Assembly (NCBI GenBank): GCA_963666485.2
Contig: CAXXUO010000001.1
Location: 672,001 to 736,000 of the forward strand
Direction: 5' to 3'
Source of the DNA: Syntrophorhabdaceae bacterium
GTDB taxonomy: Bacteria > Desulfobacterota > Syntrophorhabdia > Syntrophorhabdales > Syntrophorhabdaceae
DNA length: 64,000 nucleotides
Shown piece by piece: positions 36,068 to 44,945 of the stretch (positions within the stretch are counted from its first letter, which is position 1; each line of letters starts with the position of its first letter). The notes below the pieces were generated by a model. The model saw nothing but the letters and a program-made list of their open reading frames with translations. It made no database searches and was not told the origin of the DNA. Made by a program: the position numbers and the translations under genes.

Positions 36068-37420
36068 CTACGAACCGAGGATAGTTTGTATGACCCCGGC
36101 GATCTCGGCGCAATGGCTCTCGGTGACCTCGTTTGTCGGGCCTTCGACCATGACCCGGCACATGTTCTGCGTACCGGAATAACGGACGAGAACGCGGCCG
36201 TCTTCGCCAAGCTCGCTCTCGATGCGCTCGATGACCGCCATCACGTCCGGCAGGGTCTTGATGTCGGGTTTTCGCCTGACATTCACGTTTATCAATTTCT
36301 GGGGATATATGTCCATGAGGTCGGCGAGCTCCGACAGGCGCTTGCCGGACCTGACCATGCAGGCGACGAGCTGCAGTGCCGTTATTATCCCGTCCCCCGT
36401 CGTGTGGTGGTCGAGGAATATCATGTGGCCCGACTCCTCACCCCCGATGACCCCGCCAAGCCGCAGCATGTCCTCGAGCACGTACCGGTCTCCGACCTTT
36501 GCCGCGTGATACGCATAACCATGTTTTGAGCACGCGACGCGAAGGCCGAGATTGCTCATGACCGTGCCGACAACCATATTGTTCTTCAGTCTGCCCCCGT
36601 CGGCCAGCATTTTCGCGCAGATGAAGAGGATCCGGTCCCCTGTTATCTCCCTGCCTTTTTCGTCAATGGCGATAAGCCGGTCCCCGTCGCCGTCGAAGGC
36701 GAGCCCGATCGACGCGCCCGTTGCAAGCACCTTTTCTTTCAGGTCCTGCGTATGCTGTGAGCCGCATCTGTCGTTTATGTTGATGCCGTTCGGGTTGTTG
36801 TGGATAACGTCGATATCGGCGCCGAGTTCCCAGAACGTCTCGGGGGCGACCTTGTACGTGGCGCCGTTCGAGGCGTCTATGACTATCTTCATGCCCTCGA
36901 TCGAAAGGTCCCGCGGGAAGCTGTTCTTGAGAAAGACAATATAGCGGCCGTGCACGTCGTCGAGGCGGAACGCCTGTCCCATGTCGTGAACGGGCGGTAC
37001 GAGCTTGTGCAGGGTATTGCTCATCATCAGTTCCTCGATCGCTTCTTCCTGCTCGTCGGACAGCTTGAACCCGTTGCCGGAGAAGATCTTGATCCCGTTG
37101 TCCTGGTACGGGTTGTGCGATGCGGAGATGACGATGCCCGCGTCCGCCCGCATGCTGTGAGCGATAAAGGCGATACCCGGCGTCGGGAGGACGCCGAGCA
37201 TGTACGGGTTCCCGCCCATGGACGTGATGCCCGACTCGAGGGCGCCTTCAAGCATATAGCCTGAAATGCGCGTATCTTTCCCGATCACCACCCTCGGGCG
37301 ATCGTGTGTTTTTTTGAGGATATAGACCATCGCCTGCCCGATCGCGAAGGCGATCTCGGCATTCATGGGATAGCGGTTGGCCTCGCCGCGCACCCCGTCC
37401 GTTCCAAAAAGTTTTCCCAT
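36068..37420 (-). CDS. glmM: Phosphoglucosamine mutase
   Basis: LFGTDGVRG, GKDTRISGYMLE, VISASHNP, FDGDGDR, GGEESGH, RYSGT. Confidence 0.96.
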   Translation of the reverse strand: MGKLFGTDGVRGEANRYPMNAEIAFAIGQAMVYILKKTHDRPRVVIGKDTRISGYMLEGALESGITSMGGNPYMLGVLPTPGIAFIAHSMRADAGIVISASHNPYQDNGIKIFSGNGFKLSDEQEEAIEELMMSNTLHKLVPPVHDMGQAFRLDDVHGRYIVFLKNSFPRDLSIEGMKIVIDASNGATYKVAPETFWELGADIDVIHNNPNGININDRCGSQHTQDLKEKVLATGASIGLAFDGDGDRLIAIDEKGREITGDRILFICAKMLADGGRLKNNMVVGTVMSNLGLRVACSKHGYAYHAAKVGDRYVLEDMLRLGGVIGGEESGHMIFLDHHTTGDGIITALQLVACMVRSGKRLSELADLMDIYPQKLINVNVRRKPDIKTLPDVMAVIERIESELGEDGRVLVRYSGTQNMCRVMVEGPTNEVTESHCAEIAGVIQTILGS

Positions 37421-37501
37421 CATTCAACCCCGTTTATCTTCTATGGTATCCCTATTATACCAAAAACGGCAGCGTTCATGCCACCTTCGTACGGCGGGCG
37501 C

Positions 37502-38731
37502 CTATCTGAAAATAGCGAGCGACGGCGTGATGGCGCGTACCCTTGCGCAATACTCATCGACGATGCCTTGCAGCCAGTTTGTCCCGGCATCGCATGCCGC
37601 TTTATCGAGGCCCTTGATCGCCGCTACATAGGGAAGTGTCTTATGTGTTGTGCCCGAAAAGAGGGACAGGAAGGCATCGCGGCTGGCATTAATGGCGCCG
37701 TCATCAAGCCCCGAGCTGAAAAGGGACCGTATCCCGGCGAATCTCTCGTAGAACTCCTGCTTCCCGGCCGATCTTTTTGCCGAAGATGCGACGGCCTTTT
37801 CGGCGAGCATCTCGAGGCGCTTTAAGCGCTCATCCCGGGCAAGCCCGATTTTTTCGATGAGCCCGGAATAGATGAGATCACCGAACTCCCCGCGTTCGAG
37901 AAACGGGCGCCTCACGTGGCTGTACCATTCTTCGAGTGCCTTCAGGTTCGCGATATACACGATATTGTTCTCGACGATCCGGCTTATATTCGGATAGTCG
38001 TGCCGCTTGATGTCCATGACCATTGCCGTGTGCGTTTTCCCGATGATGAGCTTGTTCTCGGCGAGGTAATCGTTCCTGATCACCGAATTTGCCGAGACCA
38101 CGTTCCCGTACCCCATCCGGACAGGGCCCACCATGCCTCCCTGGCCGCCGAGAAATATCGCAGGCTGGTTGAGCATGACGCCGCGGGGGACATCCCCGAT
38201 CAGTGACGGCGTGGTCTTGTCGCCGTCCGGCGTGAAATTGAAATGGATATACGAGCTGCCTACCTCGCTGTGGTCCTTCCTGCTCGTCCCGCCCGCCATC
38301 AGGCAGTCGCAGAAATTTATGAGGCTCCCGAGTGTAACAAAAGGGAACAGTATCGTCTGCTTGATCCCGACGCAATGCGCGCCGCTCGCTTCCTCCTCGA
38401 GTATGCACCCTTCCCGCACATGCGCGCCCAAGCCCATCGATGACTTCTCGAGGAATACGGACCCGCTGAAGAATCCCCCTTTGAGCTCCACGGCGCGGCC
38501 GAGCTGGCAATTATCTATGGTTGCGGGACCCTCGTACCCTATCTGAGCACCCGACGATATGACCGTGTTCGCGCCGTATATCCTCGAGCCCGGATAGATC
38601 CTGACGCCGTCGCCCGATATGCGATCGATATCGACCTCATCACCGATATCGATCGTGAGCGGGCTCGTCATGACGACGCCTTTCTCGATCAACTGCACAA
38701 TTTTATCGTAACATCGAGGCTGAAGGTCCAT
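37502..38731 (-). CDS. GlmU C-terminal-like left-handed beta-helix protein lacking the uridyltransferase domain
   Basis: Starts at the GlmU linker/LbH region (LIEKGV..P..I.I..EV), hexapeptide repeats, no GxGTRM motif; upstream of glmM. Confidence 0.75.
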   Translation of the reverse strand: MDLQPRCYDKIVQLIEKGVVMTSPLTIDIGDEVDIDRISGDGVRIYPGSRIYGANTVISSGAQIGYEGPATIDNCQLGRAVELKGGFFSGSVFLEKSSMGLGAHVREGCILEEEASGAHCVGIKQTILFPFVTLGSLINFCDCLMAGGTSRKDHSEVGSSYIHFNFTPDGDKTTPSLIGDVPRGVMLNQPAIFLGGQGGMVGPVRMGYGNVVSANSVIRNDYLAENKLIIGKTHTAMVMDIKRHDYPNISRIVENNIVYIANLKALEEWYSHVRRPFLERGEFGDLIYSGLIEKIGLARDERLKRLEMLAEKAVASSAKRSAGKQEFYERFAGIRSLFSSGLDDGAINASRDAFLSLFSGTTHKTLPYVAAIKGLDKAACDAGTNWLQGIVDEYCARVRAITPSLAIFR

Positions 38732-38916
38732 TCTCGATCACCTCCGGGTCTTGACGATGGGTCGGATTGCGGGACATCGGGTCACAATCAGGTAAACCTG
38801 ATGAAAATAATAACCGTAATCTCGCACCTTTGCAATATAATACAATCGCCGCCCGCATAGCCTTTGTGGTACAATTACACGGTTTCTGACATGTTAATAT
38901 CCTTCGCGAAATGTAA

Positions 38917-38990
38917 ACGGCTTACGGCGTACGGCGTACGGCGTACGGTCTGCGGTTCACTCCTTGCTCCTTGCTCCTTGCTCCTTACGG
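38917..38990. repeat. Two adjacent heptamer arrays (CGTACGG and CTCCTTG)
   Basis: ~4 units each at 38917-38948 and 38959-38990. Confidence 0.85.
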
Positions 38991-38997
38991 TCTTCTA

Positions 38998-40224
38998 ATG
39001 TTCCTCGCCGACCTCCACACACATTCCCACTATTCCATCGCGACGAGCCGGGACATGACACCGGAAATGATTGCGCGGTGGGCGCAGCTCAAAGGGATCA
39101 CCGTGGTCGGGACGGGGGACGCGATACACCCCGGGTGGCTTAAGGAACTCGGCCGGAAGCTCGACTTTACCGGCAAGGGACTTTTTACCCTTCGTGAAGA
39201 ATTGCGGGATAATACCCCGGTCCCCCCGTCATGCGCGTCCGATACATATTTCATACTGACTGCCGAGATAAGCTGCATCTATTCGAAGCACGGCAAGACG
39301 CGCAAGGTCCATTGCATGGTCTTCTTTGATGACATGGAAGGCCCTTTGCGGCTCCAGAAGAGGCTCGCAAAGATCGGCAACATAGCATCCGACGGAAGGC
39401 CCATCCTCGGTATGGACGCCCGGCACTTACTCAAAATGGTAACCGAGGAATGTCCCGGCGCCCTCTTTGTCCCGGCACACGTCTGGACCCCCCATTTTTC
39501 CGTTTTGGGCTCCGCGTCAGGCTTCAATTCGCTGGAAGAATGCTTCGAAGACCTCACCGGCCACATCCACGCCGTCGAGACAGGGCTCTCCTCCGACCCG
39601 CCGATGAACTGGCGCGTATCGTCTCTTGACCGGCTGACCCTTATCTCAAACTCGGACGCGCACTCGCCGGAAAAACTGGGCAGGGAGGCCAATATTTTCG
39701 ATACCGCGGTCTCGTTCAGGGCCATGGCGCAGGCGATCGCCACGAGGGAGGGTTTCGGGGGAACGATAGAATTCTTCCCCGAGGAAGGAAAGTACCATTA
39801 TGACGGACACAGGCCCTGCAAGATCAGGATGTCCCCCGAAGAGACCAAGGGAAGAGGCAGTGACCGCTGTCCCGTCTGCGGCAAAAAGATGACGCTCGGC
39901 GTCCTGGGCCGGGTACTCGAACTTGCCGACCGGGGTCAGGATGAAAGGCCCGGGAATGCAAAACCCTACCATTCGCTTGTCGCCCTGAAGACCATAATTG
40001 CACAGACCCTCGGGATGGGCGTAGGGACGAAGAAGGTCGGCAAGATCTATTTTGACCTTCTCGAGAAACTGGGAAACGAATTAAACATCCTCCTTAACGT
40101 CCCGGTGGCGACTGTCTCCGACGCCGGCTACCCGGACACAGCCGACGCGATCGCCCGGATCCGAACCGGCGATATATCCATAGAACCCGGGTATGATGGA
40201 GTATACGGTAAAATACGGTTCTAA
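38998..40224 (+). CDS. PHP-domain endonuclease Q family protein
   Basis: ADLHTHSHYS, GTGDAIHPGW, SDGRP, PAHVWTP, ETGLSSD, SNSDAHS, GRE, GKYH, CPVCG, PGYDGVYG. Confidence 0.9.
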   Translation: MFLADLHTHSHYSIATSRDMTPEMIARWAQLKGITVVGTGDAIHPGWLKELGRKLDFTGKGLFTLREELRDNTPVPPSCASDTYFILTAEISCIYSKHGKTRKVHCMVFFDDMEGPLRLQKRLAKIGNIASDGRPILGMDARHLLKMVTEECPGALFVPAHVWTPHFSVLGSASGFNSLEECFEDLTGHIHAVETGLSSDPPMNWRVSSLDRLTLISNSDAHSPEKLGREANIFDTAVSFRAMAQAIATREGFGGTIEFFPEEGKYHYDGHRPCKIRMSPEETKGRGSDRCPVCGKKMTLGVLGRVLELADRGQDERPGNAKPYHSLVALKTIIAQTLGMGVGTKKVGKIYFDLLEKLGNELNILLNVPVATVSDAGYPDTADAIARIRTGDISIEPGYDGVYGKIRF

Positions 40225-40234
40225 CAAAACCCGC

Positions 40235-40423
40235 CGTCATTCCCGCAAAGCGGGAATCCAGTGTCTTTCCCGTTGGTTTTTTGCCTAATCCCGAAACGTG
40301 CGTGCTCCTTGTGGCGGTAGATCGGCCGCTGGCAACCTTGTACATAAGAAGGTATAAAAGATAAAAGACAAAGACGCTGGATTCCCGCTGGGCGGGAATG
40401 ACGAAATGTGGGCGGGAATGACG
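40235..40423. repeat. Inverted REP doublet (CGTCATTCCCGC..GCGGGAATCCAG type)
   Basis: 40235-40268 and inverted 40370-40403, with the outer half duplicated to 40423. Confidence 0.9.
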
Positions 40424-40470
40424 GCGGGTGAATGTAGAACCCGGAACGTTATTTATGTTACGATACGGCG

Positions 40471-40878
40471 ATGCACGATCCCGATTATCTGCCTGTTGCG
40501 GCTGCGGTCATTGAAAAGGACGGCCGGGTCCTGATCGCCCGCAGAAAACGCGCGTACATGGGATATTACTGGGAGTTCCCCGGGGGAAAGCTCATGGACA
40601 ATGAAACTCTCGAGGAATGCCTGAAACGCGCAATTCTTGAGCAGCTGGGGATAACGATCTCCGTGGGCGACCTCATTTCATCGCGAAAGCACGCGATAAA
40701 CTGCCAGGCCGCAGTCCTTCTCTACGCATATCGTTCTGCCTGGGTATCGGGCAACGTCACCCTCACTGACCACGACGAGATAGCGTGGGTCAAGCCTGAA
40801 GACCTGACCAAATACACCTTCCCCGACCCGGACCAGCAGATAGTCCGCGAATTGCTAAAGAACGGTTCTACGTTCTAG
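40471..40878 (+). CDS. MutT-like NUDIX hydrolase with a degenerate Nudix box
   Basis: VAAAVIEKDGRVLIARR, WEFPGGK..ETLEECLKRAILEQLG, DHDEIAWV. Confidence 0.85.
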   Translation: MHDPDYLPVAAAVIEKDGRVLIARRKRAYMGYYWEFPGGKLMDNETLEECLKRAILEQLGITISVGDLISSRKHAINCQAAVLLYAYRSAWVSGNVTLTDHDEIAWVKPEDLTKYTFPDPDQQIVRELLKNGSTF

Positions 40879-40954
40879 GTTCTACGTTCTACGTTGAAAA
40901 AAACGAGAGTTTTCTTGTCTTTAACGTAGAACGTAGAACGTAGAACGTAGAACG
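40864..40954. repeat. Inverted heptamer-array element (TTCTACG / CGTAGAA)
   Basis: Four units at 40865-40895, short spacer, four inverted units at 40923-40954; supplies the NUDIX stop codon. Confidence 0.95.
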
Positions 40955-41003
40955 ATTTTTATAACCGCTTGCCTAAGCACCTGATTTTTTATACAATTGA
41001 ACC

Positions 41004-41825
41004 GTGCAAAAAGTCCCTACCCGCCTGAAGCTCTTTCTCACCGTCTTTTTCATCGTCATGGTTTTCGGGACGGTGGGCTTCATGTACATCGAAAAGAAAT
41101 CGCTTATCGATTCACTCTATTTTGTCATTGTCACAATGGCGACGGTCGGGTATGGTGACGTCACACCTGCGACCGGCCCCGGCAAGGGCCTCGCCATTGC
41201 GATCATCGTCCTGGGTGTCAGTACGTTTCTCGGTGTTATTGCCGAGGTTACCGAAATGATGCTCGCAAAGCGGGAAGAGGAAAGCCGGATGCAGAAGCTC
41301 AACATGGTGATCGGCGTATTCTTCAGCGAGGTCGGTATAGAACTTATGCGCATATTTTCCCGGTATGATCCCGAGTTCGACTCCATCCGGCCCGGACTTA
41401 TCGTGACCGCCAACTGGACCGAAAAGGATTTTCAAAAGGCGATCAGGGACGCGGGGACACATGATTACGGGGCGAAGATCGAACATGTCGATTTCCCTGT
41501 GCTGAAAGCTTTCCTCATGCAACGCCGCGATTTTCTCGTGCGCCTCCTCGAGAACCCCGTGCTCCTTGAACACCAGTCCTTCACCGACCTCTTGCGGGCA
41601 GTCTTCCATCTTACCGAAGAACTCGCCTATCGCCAGGATTTCGAGAACATCCCGTGGGCGGACAGCAATCATCTCGCGGGGGATATCAAGCGGGCGTATC
41701 ACTACATTGTCGGGGAATGGCTCGTATACATGCAGTTCTTGAAGTCCAACTACCCCTTCCTTTATTCGCTTGCGCTGCGGACGAACCCGTTCAATAAAGA
41801 AGCGTCGGTAACCATCAAGACATAA
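41004..41825 (+). CDS. Two-TM potassium channel family protein
   Basis: DSLYFVIVTMATVGYGD selectivity filter flanked by TM helices; non-RCK helical C-terminal domain. Confidence 0.9.
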   Translation: MQKVPTRLKLFLTVFFIVMVFGTVGFMYIEKKSLIDSLYFVIVTMATVGYGDVTPATGPGKGLAIAIIVLGVSTFLGVIAEVTEMMLAKREEESRMQKLNMVIGVFFSEVGIELMRIFSRYDPEFDSIRPGLIVTANWTEKDFQKAIRDAGTHDYGAKIEHVDFPVLKAFLMQRRDFLVRLLENPVLLEHQSFTDLLRAVFHLTEELAYRQDFENIPWADSNHLAGDIKRAYHYIVGEWLVYMQFLKSNYPFLYSLALRTNPFNKEASVTIKT

Positions 41826-42025
41826 GATCGAGACATAAAAGAAGCCTTGAACGGGTCGTTGTCAGACGGGTAAATGTTCTCACCCGGAGCGACTGTCCAA
41901 GGCCTTTGAGAGGCTATTCCTGTACCTCGCATGTACTGCTGGTCCCGGTCAACCAGCCCCGTTTTCACTGCCGGTTTTTTCAGTGCCGGTCCGGCAGCGT
42001 CTTTTAGCTCGGGTCAGAATAGCAC
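41826..42025 (-). ncRNA. Candidate structured ncRNA of unknown family
   Basis: Own sigma-70 promoter, several stems with G-U pairs that favour the minus strand, U-rich end, no credible ORF. Confidence 0.5.
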
Positions 42026-42032
42026 TAGAGTA

Positions 42033-42060
42033 AATATAGCAGGCATTTTTGATTTGTCAA
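42033..42060 (-). promoter_or_regulatory. sigma-70 promoter
   Basis: TTGACA, 16 bp, TATATT with extended -10 TG on the minus strand. Confidence 0.65.
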
Positions 42061-42074
42061 GCATCCCCCCCCGT

Positions 42075-42229
42075 CGTCATCCCGGCGCAAGCCGGGATCC
42101 AGGGTCTTTGGCGTTTCTGTAATTGATCAAAACAATGTGTAGTTTAGGATGCGCTTATTGCATGTTATTAATATTATAGAAGAGAGCCACAGACAAAGAC
42201 ACTGGATTCCGGCCTTCGCCGGAATGACG
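42075..42229. repeat. Inverted REP doublet
   Basis: 42075-42109 and inverted 42195-42229 around an AT-rich spacer. Confidence 0.9.
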
Positions 42230-42248
42230 GCAAGAGTGATGTTTCCAG

Positions 42249-42752
42249 CTATTCGGTGTCGAGGATCGACAGGAAATAATCCCTGATCGCTGGCGTGGTG
42301 TTCGAAAAATCGAAGCGGTCTATGAAGGCGGTAACGTCAAAATTTTTCCCTTCCCGGAATGTCACGTGTATCTGAGAATAAACCTCCCCGGAGTCGTCTT
42401 CGATCCAGGCCGTCGCGTATATGTTTTTTTCCTCGATCCTGATGAGCTTACCCACGGCACGGTAGTGGGTGCTGCACATGACGGGCTTCATGAATTCCAT
42501 CTCGACCTTGCGGGTCATCGCTATTTTTTTTGAACGCATGAATATCACGTACCACACCATGGTATCGAGGATCCCGAAGATCATGCCCCCGTGAATGACA
42601 TCCGAATAGCCTTCGAAGCGATTATCGACGAAAAGATCGCACAGAACGATGCCGTCCTCGTAGAACATCTCCAGCTGAAGCCCGTCCGGCCTGTTCGGGC
42701 TCATAAAGAAGGATGTTTTGTACACGGGAAGTTTGCCGTTCAAGCGGTTCAT
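42249..42752 (-). CDS. PaaI-family (hotdog) thioesterase
   Basis: NRPDGLQL, FEGYSDVIHGGMIFGILD, EFMKPV; ATGA overlap with the rlmN stop. Confidence 0.85.
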   Translation of the reverse strand: MNRLNGKLPVYKTSFFMSPNRPDGLQLEMFYEDGIVLCDLFVDNRFEGYSDVIHGGMIFGILDTMVWYVIFMRSKKIAMTRKVEMEFMKPVMCSTHYRAVGKLIRIEEKNIYATAWIEDDSGEVYSQIHVTFREGKNFDVTAFIDRFDFSNTTPAIRDYFLSILDTE

Positions 42753-43843
42753 GATGGCACCTCGGATGCGGATGGTCTTTTCTTGGAGGAAGAAGATGTG
42801 CGTGTTGGCGGGGCCCCATCGAGGTAGCTCATCCCGAGCTGTCCGCACGCAGCAGAGATGTCCTGGCCGCGCGATTCCCGGATGATAACGGTAAAATACC
42901 TGTCGAGGAGATACTGGTGGAACCTGTCAATAACGTCCCGATCGGGTCTTTCGTAGTCTGTATAGGGGGAAGGGTTGTAGGGTATCAGGTTGATCTTGCA
43001 TTTCACGTCCTTCAGCAGGTCCGCGAGACGCCGGGCATCGGCCGGGGAATCATTGACCCCCTTGATCAGGATATACTCGAACGTGATCCGGGTCCTTTTT
43101 GTCCCCTTGAAATTCCTGCAGAAGTCCATGAGTTTTTCAAGGGTATACAGCCTGTTGATGGGCATGAGCATCGACCTGGTATCGTCGTCCGCCGCATTGA
43201 GCGAAATGGCGATGACCGCGGATTTCGGGTCGAGCATCCTGAGCCCGTCGACGAGGCCGACGGACGAGAGTGTGATCTTGCGGTATGAGAGATCGAGCCC
43301 GTTCTGGTCCTTGAGAATGTCAAGCGCAGCGAGTACGTTCTCACCATTATCCAACGGCTCGCCCATACCCATAAAAACGATATTGGTCACAGGCGGTTTG
43401 TCTTTATTCTTCAGGTATTCCCGTACCGATACGAGCTGCCCCACGATCTCGCCTGCATTCAGGTTGCGTCGAAAGCCTATCTTGCCGGTAACGCAAAATC
43501 TGCATCCCATACGGCAGCCGATCTGGGTTGAAACACACAGTGTCATCCGATTTTTTTCCGGCATGATGACGCTTTCGATCGTCTCGCCGTCGCGGGCCGT
43601 AAAGGCGAGCTTGACCGAACCGTCACCTGAGGGGAATTCGCCGGCTATCGGCAAAAGTTCGAGTGAGAACATCTCCGAAAAGACGGTGCGCAACCCTTTC
43701 GGGATGTTTGTCATTTCATTGAAATCGAGGTTTCCCAGGTTATAGACCCAGCGAAAAAGCTGGCGGGCGCGGTATTTTTCCTTGCCGAGAGCACCTATGC
43801 GCTCTTCGAGATTCGCGAGGGTGAAACCAAAAAAATCTTCCAT
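42749..43843 (-). CDS. rlmN: 23S rRNA (A2503-C2)/tRNA methyltransferase RlmN
   Basis: TLCVSTQIGCRMGCRFC, NIVFMGMGEPL, ITFEYILIKGVND, INLIPYNP, RGQDISAACGQL. Confidence 0.96.
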   Translation of the reverse strand: MEDFFGFTLANLEERIGALGKEKYRARQLFRWVYNLGNLDFNEMTNIPKGLRTVFSEMFSLELLPIAGEFPSGDGSVKLAFTARDGETIESVIMPEKNRMTLCVSTQIGCRMGCRFCVTGKIGFRRNLNAGEIVGQLVSVREYLKNKDKPPVTNIVFMGMGEPLDNGENVLAALDILKDQNGLDLSYRKITLSSVGLVDGLRMLDPKSAVIAISLNAADDDTRSMLMPINRLYTLEKLMDFCRNFKGTKRTRITFEYILIKGVNDSPADARRLADLLKDVKCKINLIPYNPSPYTDYERPDRDVIDRFHQYLLDRYFTVIIRESRGQDISAACGQLGMSYLDGAPPTRTSSSSKKRPSASEVPS

Positions 43844-43934
43844 TATTTAACGGCTCTCCGGCAATGGGTATATACCTGACCGAACACCGATACAATAACA
43901 GAAAAAGCTTATTTTTTCAACGTATTCCGCTTGC

Positions 43935-44861
43935 CTAGCGCCGGCCGCGATAAGGGCCGGGACCGTACGGCCGCCCCCGGTAGCCGTAATACCGGGGCCC
44001 ATACCATGGCCGTGCGCCGTACCATCCCCGGTAATACGGGCCGTACCCGTACCAGCGCCATGGATACGGGCGGTATCCCCAGGGATAATAATACGGGTAC
44101 CACCAGTAGGGCGCGGGGGCCGCATAAACGTAGCCCGGATCGACAACGACCGGCGCGTATCCTGCTGCCGGCGGCCCTGTTGGCGGCGGGGCGGGACTGA
44201 CAGCACCTGCCGCCCCCGGCGGCGGGTTCGCCATCCCCGGATCGCTTCCATCTTTTTTCCTGTTCCACGCATCCCAGGCATCAGGGGGCCGGTTCGTCGT
44301 ATAAACGGGTGTTTCTCCGTCCTTTTTCATGATGAGGCGTGTCCCTGCTGCGATCGTCATTCTGCCTTTCGGCTGGGCCACGTACAATTGCCCGGAATAC
44401 ACGGAAACCTCCGTATCGCCGAGCGGTGTGATATCCGCGCGGTATACCGACCGGTCATATCCATCGAACTGTGCTGTCGGGGTGCCCAGGAAAATGGGGT
44501 GGCCACTGAGGCCGGAGCATTTGACGTATGCCTTGCCGCTCTCCAGGAAAAATTGTACCGCATTCTGCTCGACCGCCAGGATCTTCAGGCGGCTTCCGTC
44601 GGTTATCCGGATGAGACTTCCGTCCTGAATCAAGATCTCCGCATTCCCGGGGCCGGCGACGGCAATCGTATCCCCCTGTACGACCGGCTTTTGAGCCTTT
44701 GCCCGGGTAACCTTCTGCGACGCGGCCGGGATGTACTCGACATTCCCTTCGACCGCGTTGATGTAGACAGGCACCGAAGGTGCCGCCGTAAGCGGCACAG
44801 AGGCAATCATGGTAAGGAAAAAGGCCATGATAAGTCGTATACCCATATTTCTGCCGTCCAT
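43935..44861 (-). CDS. Secreted FecR-domain protein with Pro/Tyr/Gly/Trp-rich tail
   Basis: Signal peptide; VEGNV..GDTI..AEILIQDGSLIRI..EVSVYSG; DAWDAWN; low-complexity tail. Confidence 0.8.
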   Translation of the reverse strand: MDGRNMGIRLIMAFFLTMIASVPLTAAPSVPVYINAVEGNVEYIPAASQKVTRAKAQKPVVQGDTIAVAGPGNAEILIQDGSLIRITDGSRLKILAVEQNAVQFFLESGKAYVKCSGLSGHPIFLGTPTAQFDGYDRSVYRADITPLGDTEVSVYSGQLYVAQPKGRMTIAAGTRLIMKKDGETPVYTTNRPPDAWDAWNRKKDGSDPGMANPPPGAAGAVSPAPPPTGPPAAGYAPVVVDPGYVYAAPAPYWWYPYYYPWGYRPYPWRWYGYGPYYRGWYGARPWYGPRYYGYRGRPYGPGPYRGRR

Positions 44862-44945
44862 TCTATCACCCCTTAAGACTGAATAATACCCCATTTTTCC
44901 CCCTTATGAAAAGCCTTCCCGAATCAGGCATGGGGCTTGCTATTT

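Noticed and set aside
41826..42025. Glycine riboswitch, hammerhead or 6S RNA
   Set aside because: Only fragmentary resemblance (CTCTCA..GGACAG, CTGAAAA..GAAA, GTTCAA). Core motifs, a downstream gene or the 6S single-rod fold are missing by eye; an Rfam search is needed to be sure.
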